Position numbers and translations under genes: made by a program
Shown: piece after piece, positions 48,913-56,474 of the stretch
Position numbering within the stretch: position 1 is the first letter of the stretch
Layout: each line of letters opens with the position of its first letter
From: an uncultured delta proteobacterium
GTDB lineage: Bacteria > Desulfobacterota > Desulfuromonadia > Geobacterales > DSM-12255
Direction of reading: 5' to 3'
Assembly (NCBI GenBank): GCA_963787125.1
Contig: CAWBBV010000012.1
Location: 279,337-343,336 of the forward strand
DNA: 64,000 nucleotides
Notes under the pieces: model-generated
What the model saw: only the letters and a program-made list of their open reading frames with translations
Databases searched by the model: none
What the model was told of the DNA's origin: nothing

Positions 48913-48940
48913 ATAAAGGTATTAGGGCCTGGCTTTTTTT
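48893..48940 (+). terminator. Riboswitch expression-platform terminator
   Basis: AGCCGGGTC can pair with GGCCTGGCT, followed by a T run. Confidence 0.65.
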
Positions 48941-49049
48941 ATTGTGAAGAGGACTGGAGGGAACGATGAAAATATCAATGTAATAAGGCTGTTAGCTGCC
49001 GACGAATATGGAAGGGTTTCACTAAAATACAGAAATAAAGGAGTACACA

Positions 49050-50909
49050 ATGCGTATCGTATGCCGAATGAATCATATCATCTCACTAATGTTGTTGACA
49101 GCAGTTCTCCTCATGCCTTGGAGAGCTTTTGCAGGGCCAATCCTCAATTTTTCAGATATCGACTCAGGACCCAAAACGGGCAACACTGATAGTGCCGGCG
49201 GGCTAACTTCGTCACAGCATGGTGCAATTGTCACCATATGGGGAAACAATTTAGGCTCATCCCAAGGCGTTTCCAAAGTTTATGTCGGTGGAGTCGAAGC
49301 TGCTCATATTTATTATTGGAAGGACGCAGACGGAACTTTGCCAGGAGGGCCTGCCGACCTCAAAACCTACCACAAGATGCAGGAAATTGCTTTTTCTGTC
49401 CCAGCGGGAACTGCAGACGGCTCAAATTCAATTAAAGTGACCGTCGGCGGAGCAGACTCGAATACCCTGCCGTTTTCAGTCAGGAGCGGAAACATCAAGT
49501 TCATCAAGACCGGCGGTAGTAATTCAAATGCAGGAACATGGAGTAGCCCGTTGGGTGTTTTGGGCGCAGCAAATGGCCAGGGCGCTTTAGATGGAAGTTC
49601 TACGACACTCGCAGCTGGCGACATAGTATACTCGGTAGGTGTAGGAACGACGCATGGGGTATCTATCGGCAGGAACAATAAAGTTTCCGGTACACCGACT
49701 GCTCCAATATCATTTATTGCCTATCCCAACACCACCGTTAGCATTGATTACACCTCAGCAGACGGTGGCAATGCTCAGGCAGTTGTAGACAATTGGTATC
49801 CGTCCAATCGCCATAATGACTACATAAATCTTTCCAAACTGAAAATATCGGCTGAACAAAAAACAGGGAGCACTTCAGATGTGACCAACGGCATTGCAGT
49901 TTTTAAAAGTAATCGCATTGTCGGTGTGGAAATAACCGGCCCAACAGTTTATGGCGGTTATGGTGGGGCTGTCACCGCTAATGGCAGTGGCGACTGGGAA
50001 GGCGGTGGCAAATATTATGGAATTTATATCCATAATTACGGTACTGCCTATGGTAGTCCTACCGGGGTTGGCAGTCGCACCAACAACTATGTCTACAATT
50101 GGGACGATACGTCCTGGACAAGTCCTTCCGGTTGTGGCTACGCGCCTTGTTCAGGCGGTGCGGAAAAAATATCGGTGGACCGATTCCAGCACCTGTTCTA
50201 CATATCTAACCGGACAGGCACCAGAATTGATGCCTACGAAATCGCATGGTGCCATCTGGCAAACAACCCCATCTTGCACGGTATCCACCTTTATGACATG
50301 GGAACCGGAAACGGATGGAACGGGACACTTTCGGTACACCACAACGTCTTGAAGAACCAACGAGGCCAGGCCATTGACGCCTCATTTTCTGACAGCACGC
50401 CGATAAATGTTTACAATAACCTCGTTGTTAATGATGTTGGCAACCCGAACCCGGGCCCTGCATTCAATCTACTCGCTAATTCGGCTTCCAAAATCTATAA
50501 CAACACCATTTATGGTTACCGGTTTGTAAATGCCATATCAACATCTGTCTCTTCTGATTTCAGAAATAACCTGTTAGTGGATACATTCGGGGTGCCTTTC
50601 GTTTACAGCCAGCCAACAACACAAAGCAATAATCTGTATTTCAGCACAGTTTCAACACCAGCACCCTCATGGGCAACTGCCAGCCTTAATACTGATCCTC
50701 TCTTTACAAATGCGGCTAACGGAGACTTCTCATTGCAATCTACGAGCCCCGCTAAAAGTGCCGGAAGTAATGTAACTCTCTCAGTGGCTGCAACCGACTT
50801 TCTCAATAATACGCGGGTATCCGGTTCGGTAAGCATAGGTGCTTTCGGCGTCTCCAATGCAATTGCGCTTCCCCCTGCCCCCGGCAATATCAAAGGAAAC
50901 TGGAAGTAA
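49050..50909 (+). CDS. Secreted protein: IPT/TIG-like domain + right-handed beta-helix (pectin-lyase-like), choice-of-anchor-Q-like C-terminus
   Basis: Signal peptide; VTIWGNNLG; repeated NN ladders (VYNNL, IYNNTI, FRNNL); DPLFTNAANGDFSLQSTSPA...IGAF. Confidence 0.7.
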   Translation: MRIVCRMNHIISLMLLTAVLLMPWRAFAGPILNFSDIDSGPKTGNTDSAGGLTSSQHGAIVTIWGNNLGSSQGVSKVYVGGVEAAHIYYWKDADGTLPGGPADLKTYHKMQEIAFSVPAGTADGSNSIKVTVGGADSNTLPFSVRSGNIKFIKTGGSNSNAGTWSSPLGVLGAANGQGALDGSSTTLAAGDIVYSVGVGTTHGVSIGRNNKVSGTPTAPISFIAYPNTTVSIDYTSADGGNAQAVVDNWYPSNRHNDYINLSKLKISAEQKTGSTSDVTNGIAVFKSNRIVGVEITGPTVYGGYGGAVTANGSGDWEGGGKYYGIYIHNYGTAYGSPTGVGSRTNNYVYNWDDTSWTSPSGCGYAPCSGGAEKISVDRFQHLFYISNRTGTRIDAYEIAWCHLANNPILHGIHLYDMGTGNGWNGTLSVHHNVLKNQRGQAIDASFSDSTPINVYNNLVVNDVGNPNPGPAFNLLANSASKIYNNTIYGYRFVNAISTSVSSDFRNNLLVDTFGVPFVYSQPTTQSNNLYFSTVSTPAPSWATASLNTDPLFTNAANGDFSLQSTSPAKSAGSNVTLSVAATDFLNNTRVSGSVSIGAFGVSNAIALPPAPGNIKGNWK

Positions 50910-50963
50910 CACCAGCCCAATTGGTGACTGTTATGCCAAATCGATAGCATAAAATCATCAATC

Positions 50964-51023
50964 CCCCAAAACCATTAAGCCCCTGTCGACACATCTGTCG
51001 ACAGGGGCTTAATGGTTTTGGGG
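50964..51023. terminator. Perfect 28 bp inverted repeat between convergent genes
   Basis: CCCCAAAACCATTAAGCCCCTGTCGACA-CATC-TGTCGACAGGGGCTTAATGGTTTTGGGG. Confidence 0.65.
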
Positions 51024-51128
51024 AACAAAAGAGGTATTGCTATAGATTGCTTATTGCTGGAGCCTGTGTGGGCACAGGCAGCGACTAAAAGGATTCATTG
51101 AACTGACGGTTTTGATGAAAGTCTAATA

Positions 51129-52046
51129 TTATCGAATAAAAAGTGAAACGGAGCGCGCGTTGACATATATGAGGAAAAGAATGAAATAGCCGAATGTGTA
51201 AGTATATTTTTTAGTTTTGTTTATTACCCAAAGTGTGAATATTACCGCCGGAATCAAGTATAGACACATCAACAAAGTTATAACGCTTTTGTTAAATACC
51301 GGCAGTGCAATAGTCAGACTTATTAACAAGATACAGTTATAGACGGGCAACAATAAACTTGGCAGCTCACTCTTGCTGACCCCGTGACTAATAACTCCGC
51401 AAAGAGCCCCTTTCCCCCGCCATATCTCTTTAAACAAGAATTCTGTCATTGTCTTAGGTTCACCTAAATGAATGGCTTTAATAGCCGGATCATGGAGTAT
51501 TTTACATATTTTATTCAGCCGCATACAGATATCAACATCTTCACTGGTACTGACATTTTCATTAAACCCGCTGACTCTGGCGAAGAGTTCTCTTCTGACA
51601 AAAAAATTGGAGGAGTTTATCCACGCCGTATAACATTTGTCTGTCCGTCTGGTGCGAAAACTCGACCAGATCATTTCTACCCAGGTCCCGTCCACGCGGG
51701 CCGTTGGAGCAGAACCCGTGCATCCCACTTCCGAATCCAAAAGTGTGAGTGCGGCACACTTCAACCAGTTAAAATCCGGGATGCAATCAGCATCCAGAAA
51801 AACCATGATCTCACCTGAAGCTAAACTGGCGCCAAAATTGCGGAGGCCTGATAATGAAAGTTCAGGTTTAACATAAACTGGAAACCCGAATTTTCTAACA
51901 ATAGAAACGGTTGAATCAGTTGAACCATTATCAATAACCAGTACTTCATATTCATTATCTGCCATATTCAGACGAGTTATCGCTTCAAGGCACTGTGGTA
52001 TATTTTTTTCTTCGTTTTTTGCAGGGATAATGATTGAAAACAGCAT
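51129..52046 (-). CDS. Glycosyltransferase family 2 with C-terminal TM helices
   Basis: SIIIPAKNEE, DNGSTD, FLDAD, GFNE...EDVD. Confidence 0.9.
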   Translation of the reverse strand: MLFSIIIPAKNEEKNIPQCLEAITRLNMADNEYEVLVIDNGSTDSTVSIVRKFGFPVYVKPELSLSGLRNFGASLASGEIMVFLDADCIPDFNWLKCAALTLLDSEVGCTGSAPTARVDGTWVEMIWSSFRTRRTDKCYTAWINSSNFFVRRELFARVSGFNENVSTSEDVDICMRLNKICKILHDPAIKAIHLGEPKTMTEFLFKEIWRGKGALCGVISHGVSKSELPSLLLPVYNCILLISLTIALPVFNKSVITLLMCLYLIPAVIFTLWVINKTKKYTYTFGYFILFLIYVNARSVSLFIR

Positions 52047-52085
52047 ATTAACTTCTCCATATCAGCTCTAGTGCTGAAATTGACA

Positions 52086-54242
52086 TTAACGGTCTTTAGA
52101 GCCTTCATAAGCTATATCGAAAACTATTAATTGCTTTAACCTGGAAATCAGCGAATTAACTCTAACACCAAGGCAGCATCTTAACAGGCGAACGTAATAT
52201 TTAATTTTGTAAGGTGTTTTTATGATTGCTTTGCAGAAATAAGGCATTGCAGTATGCAAATTGGAGTTAGAAAAATGATTTACGCCGATGTTGAAATAAT
52301 ATTCTGACATCACCCTGCGAAAAAGCAGTTCATCATAATTATTGTTTTGTGAAAAATGCTTGTTGATTAGCTGAAGATGGGCTTCGTCCATGGTTGACAA
52401 TTGAGAAGTAAGATTATCGCCATGTTTTCTGTAATAATATAGCGGCTTATCCACGTAATAGACATCGCCGAGCTTACTGAGTTTAATCCTTAAATCAAGA
52501 TTCTCCCCACCTTTTAAATCTTCATCAAAGCAGCCAACTGCTACTAATTTCTCTTTTGGGACTAATAAAGTGCCACCTGAGATTGAATTTTCTACAGTCC
52601 AAAGTTTTTCAAGAATATTTCCCTTCATTCTTTTATCAGGTTGGACCTCTGTCGTGATGTCTCCATCTTTATTGACGATGTAATAGCCAGAATATATGAA
52701 ACTTGCATTGCCGTACCGTTTGAACATATTGAGCTGCAATTCAATTTTCTCCGGTGCCCAAATATCATCGCTGTCAATAAAGGCCACCAAATCACCCTCT
52801 GCTAGTCTGATCCCACTATTTCTTGCTTTTGATGGTCCTTGATTCTTCTGTGTCAATATCTTTATTTTATCAGGGTGAATCGCTCTGTATTTTTGTGCTA
52901 TTTCTAATGAGTTATCCGTTGAGCCATCATCAACTATTATCAACTCAATATTCCCGTACGTCTGGTTCAAAACCGATTCTATGGCGGCAGCCAGAAATAC
53001 TTCCCTGTTATACACCGGCATTATTGCGGAAACTTTATCCTTTAGAGGCATACTCTCAAGGCCGGTAACTTTTGCCATTGCTGACTCAAACTGTTTTCTT
53101 GTGAAATTATTCTCAACATACGAGTTCATGCTATTAACCAGAGAATCGTAATTACTTCTGACCGTTAGCCACTCCGTTTGCGCTTTAAAACTGACTAAAT
53201 CCTCCATGAACAGAATTTCTCGCCGGTCACAAAGAGACAATCCATGTCCTCCGATGGGAGTAGAAATTACCGGCCTCCAGGCACGACCAGCCTCAAGTAT
53301 TTTAATTCTTGTCCCGCCGCCAGTCAGTAAAGGGACAACAACAGCACCACAGCGTTCATAATACGACACAACTTCCGGAGGATTTTCGATCAACTCAATC
53401 TCAGCATATTTCTGGCAAAGTAACTGTATTTGCGGATCAGGGTCTTTGCCGATGATTATCAGCTTAAGCTCCCCGGCTCTTGTCAGTAACCTGGAAAACA
53501 GCTCTTCCACAAACCAGACTAAACCTTGAACATTCGGCTTATATGCTAGGTTACCAACAAACAGAAATGTTCCAAGATTCTGGTAACCATCAATATTATA
53601 TGTCTCCGGCAAAGTCGTTTCCGGAGCTATGTTCGGCACCATGTAAACCTCAGTTGATTTAGATGCATCCATAATCAATTCTTTGTCATGCTCCGAACAT
53701 ACCAGCGCCTTACCTATTTTCGCGCACGCATGCTGATAGTTCCTAAACATTCTCATATCAAGCAGAGACTTAATTTTATTAATTCCAGGTAAAGTGCCGT
53801 ACACTGCTGCATACAGATCTGGCGTTATCAGGTCATCAATATCAACAATCACCTTGTTTTTATTGCCTTTTGAAATAAAATTCAATGGATATGCACTGAC
53901 AGCATAACGGCAGATGATATGCTCATAATCACCCCGCTCTATCAATTCAACATGTTCACGGACCGATTGTTCTGTGAAATTGCATACTATCCACGGTTTT
54001 GAATACCGCAATCGCTCATAAATCTCGACTACCTTGTTCTGCTTTTTTGAATCTTTGCCCAGATCGATAAAGAACTCATTGCGAAAGACAGAATCACTGT
54101 CATCGCAGGAAGTACGTTCCTGGGAATAGATAATGTCTACTTCACCGAATTGTTTAAAATAGCGGACAAAGTTCATTGTTCGGATCCGGTTGCCGCCAAT
54201 TTCAGGGAGAGGATACTGATAAGATATTATGAGAGTTGACAT
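52086..54242 (-). CDS. Fused glycosyltransferase: N-terminal GT4 (GT-B) + C-terminal GT2 (GT-A)
   Basis: FVGNLAYKPN, GGGTRIKILEA; then SAIMPVYN, DDGSTD, FIDSDD. Confidence 0.85.
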   Translation of the reverse strand: MSTLIISYQYPLPEIGGNRIRTMNFVRYFKQFGEVDIIYSQERTSCDDSDSVFRNEFFIDLGKDSKKQNKVVEIYERLRYSKPWIVCNFTEQSVREHVELIERGDYEHIICRYAVSAYPLNFISKGNKNKVIVDIDDLITPDLYAAVYGTLPGINKIKSLLDMRMFRNYQHACAKIGKALVCSEHDKELIMDASKSTEVYMVPNIAPETTLPETYNIDGYQNLGTFLFVGNLAYKPNVQGLVWFVEELFSRLLTRAGELKLIIIGKDPDPQIQLLCQKYAEIELIENPPEVVSYYERCGAVVVPLLTGGGTRIKILEAGRAWRPVISTPIGGHGLSLCDRREILFMEDLVSFKAQTEWLTVRSNYDSLVNSMNSYVENNFTRKQFESAMAKVTGLESMPLKDKVSAIMPVYNREVFLAAAIESVLNQTYGNIELIIVDDGSTDNSLEIAQKYRAIHPDKIKILTQKNQGPSKARNSGIRLAEGDLVAFIDSDDIWAPEKIELQLNMFKRYGNASFIYSGYYIVNKDGDITTEVQPDKRMKGNILEKLWTVENSISGGTLLVPKEKLVAVGCFDEDLKGGENLDLRIKLSKLGDVYYVDKPLYYYRKHGDNLTSQLSTMDEAHLQLINKHFSQNNNYDELLFRRVMSEYYFNIGVNHFSNSNLHTAMPYFCKAIIKTPYKIKYYVRLLRCCLGVRVNSLISRLKQLIVFDIAYEGSKDR

Positions 54243-54304
54243 TTTAGCTGTTTCCCGAAGATTCTATGTAATTGTCTTGAGCAACTTTACTAACAGCAAT
54301 CAAT

Positions 54305-54320
54305 ATCATAATGCATGCCA
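54305..54320 (-). promoter_or_regulatory. Sigma-54 promoter of the glycosyltransferase operon
   Basis: TGGCATGCATTATGAT; enhancer-like site 63 bp upstream. Confidence 0.6.
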
Positions 54321-54381
54321 GAATTATTAATAATAAACCTCATAATAATAGGTAGTTATGTCCGGTGGAGAAATCAATTTT

Positions 54382-54398
54382 TGTTACAGGAGTTGACA
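54382..54398 (-). promoter_or_regulatory. Putative enhancer-binding-protein site
   Basis: Minus strand TGTCAACTCCTGTAACA, 63 bp from the -24 GG. Confidence 0.55.
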
Positions 54399-54525
54399 CA
54401 GGTCGAACCATGTAAGTGTTGATTGTATGAAGTTAAAGCAGTTTCAAAATTGTTAAGATTTCTGCTATTGTCACCTTTGGAGCCCTTGGGTAACTTGGTG
54501 CACCAGTTAATTCCAAGTTATAAAC

Positions 54526-54564
54526 AAACAAAAAGAGAGCCTGACCAAGACTCTCTTTTTGTTT
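54526..54564 (-). terminator. Intrinsic terminator after the PEP-CTERM gene
   Basis: AAACAAAAAGAGAG / CTCTCTTTTTGTTT inverted repeat. Confidence 0.65.
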
Positions 54565-54603
54565 TGACTGCGGATCGGATTATTTGAGATCGTTTTTTGA
54601 TAT

Positions 54604-55173
54604 CTAGCAGCTTCTAATCTTCTTCCGCAGAAAACTTGCCCCGATAAGTCCGACACCCAGAAGCAGCAAAGTGGACGGTTCCGGCACTGGTGCTAAATCA
54701 ACAGAAATGTTATCAACGGTAAAAGCGCCCGGTTCGTTTCTGGCAAAAAATTCTATGGTGGTTGGCAACAGATCGGCAATAAAGTTTACTGATAATGGTA
54801 AATATGAATAACTGCTGCCATTCACTTCACCACCAACTGTAACACCATTAATTGCGACGCTGAACTCATTCGGCGCACCTGAACTTTTCAACATAAAACT
54901 AAGTTCGTACTCTTTGCCAGGAGTTGTTGCAATCCCTGACTGCGCTAATAAACCCAAACCCGATGTCGTACCGAGAGCTGCTGCATAAGTGCTTTCATAG
55001 CCGTCTGGCAGTACGTATATGAATGAACCGTTTGTAGTCCAACTACTAAAATCTCCTGTCTCGAAACCACCGTTACTCACGAGGTTCAGCGCCAATGCCG
55101 AAGGGACGCTGCAGGAAAGTACCAGTGCCAAACTTGTTGCAACTACAGCCAAATTACTAATAAGCTTTTTCAC
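54604..55173 (-). CDS. PEP-CTERM sorting-domain protein (carbohydrate-binding-like beta-sandwich)
   Basis: Signal peptide; NLVSNGGFETG; C-terminal VPEPSTLLLLGVGLIGASFLRKK; start GTG 55173 after AGGAGG. Confidence 0.92.
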   Translation of the reverse strand: MKKLISNLAVVATSLALVLSCSVPSALALNLVSNGGFETGDFSSWTTNGSFIYVLPDGYESTYAAALGTTSGLGLLAQSGIATTPGKEYELSFMLKSSGAPNEFSVAINGVTVGGEVNGSSYSYLPLSVNFIADLLPTTIEFFARNEPGAFTVDNISVDLAPVPEPSTLLLLGVGLIGASFLRKKIRSC

Positions 55174-55311
55174 GACCGATCCTCCTTTGTATTGGGATTT
55201 TAAATCTGCAAGACGTCCGTGCAGCAATACAGCTCCTTTCATACTGATACCCCCTTTAAGTTCTGGCTATTAATTCCAATCTAGATATTTGAAAATGATA
55301 TACAAATCGTT

Positions 55312-55327
55312 AGCAACTGATATGCCA
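55312..55327 (-). promoter_or_regulatory. Sigma-54 promoter of the PEP-CTERM gene
   Basis: TGGCATATCAGTTGCT, near consensus. Confidence 0.8.
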
Positions 55328-55387
55328 AGATGTAATTAGCTGACATCATGATGTTTTTTAATATTTAAAGTAATTAATATAAAAATA

Positions 55388-55404
55388 TGTAACGATCTCC
55401 GACA
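55388..55404 (-). promoter_or_regulatory. Putative enhancer-binding-protein (PrsR) site
   Basis: Minus strand TGTCGGAGATCGTTACA, 62 bp from the -24 GG. Confidence 0.6.
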
Positions 55405-55749
55405 GTCTGAAGATTAAAGTTTACATTTAAAGAAATATACATTGAAAAGCCATTAAGGAGAAATATGTGGCGGGGCTTGTCGACTGCAAAGATTAAATTT
55501 ACAAGTTTCCTGAGGTAAAGCTGTAAATTGAAATTCACAAATAAAAATGTGGACCTACAGTGCACTGCATTTAAAAGTAACTGAAAAAATATTCATCTAA
55601 ATGTAAGAATCAGGGGCTATTTAGGTATTTGAGGTTTCACAGCGGTGGTTAATTTCAAGGATAACTTACTGCAGAGAGTACATAATTAAAGTGAGTTTTT
55701 CGTCGTCGAAATGAATTTAACCAGAGAAAGGGATATTCAAATAATTATG

Positions 55750-55775
55750 GCGGGGAGCTGTATTCAGCTCCCCGC
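55750..55775 (-). terminator. Terminator hairpin downstream of HU gene
   Basis: GCGGGGAGCTG-TATT-CAGCTCCCCGC perfect 11 bp stem. Confidence 0.7.
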
Positions 55776-55826
55776 TGATTTTCAACTGCACTGCTGCGTT
55801 GATATTACTGGTGCGTGTTCACCTGC

Positions 55827-56120
55827 TTACTTCTTACAGGCGCTCTTGCAGGCATCGAGATCTTTCAGGTTTTTGCCGGTTGTGAACTTGCCGACTCTTT
55901 TCGCGGCGATTTCAAGTGGCTGGCCAGTCTGTGGGTTCCTGCCGGTCCGTGCCTCTTTACTTACCGTGGAAAAAGTACCAAACCCAGCGAGAGTAATCTT
56001 TCCATCATTAACCAGTTCTGTTGTGACAGCGCATTCGAAAGCAGCCAGGGCTGATTCAGCCTGTGCTTTGGTCAGTTTTGCCTTTTCAGCTATTTTTGCT
56101 ATCAGTTCTGCTTTAGTCAT
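55827..56120 (-). CDS. hup: HU family DNA-binding protein
   Basis: MTKAELI, GFGTF, ARTGRNPQTG. Confidence 0.92.
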   Translation of the reverse strand: MTKAELIAKIAEKAKLTKAQAESALAAFECAVTTELVNDGKITLAGFGTFSTVSKEARTGRNPQTGQPLEIAAKRVGKFTTGKNLKDLDACKSACKK

Positions 56121-56218
56121 ATTGCCTCCATAAATGAATTTTGTAATTTATATACTTGAAGGGTCAATTTGTAAACATTATCATGACAAGGGCGCTGCGC
56201 ATCGCATTGAGAGTTGCC

Positions 56219-56381
56219 AGGAGTCTGTCGGACTTAGAATAAATCTGCTGCAAATCCGTCTGAACGGTCCATATTTATCCGATTTCCTGGTCAATAGAAC
56301 AACTAATGACGAAGAAATCGACTGAATCTGCCCTCGCTCAGCCGAATTTTCGCTTTGATTTCCTAAGTCCGACAGATTCCT
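56219..56381. mobile_element. ~163 bp MITE-like element, copy 2 (inverted relative to copy 1)
   Basis: Reverse complement of 43264-43427 with scattered substitutions; same terminal IRs. Confidence 0.8.
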
Positions 56382-56474
56382 AGACTTTCAAATTGCAGCT
56401 GGTATTCTTAATATTCAAAACATCAATCAGAAGTCATCAAGATTCACTAGCACTTGAAAAACGGAGTGACCCCA

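Noticed and set aside
48644..49189. 81 aa ORFs at 48644 and 48944
   Set aside because: They overlap the CRP box/riboswitch leader and the real 49050 gene; no recognisable motifs.
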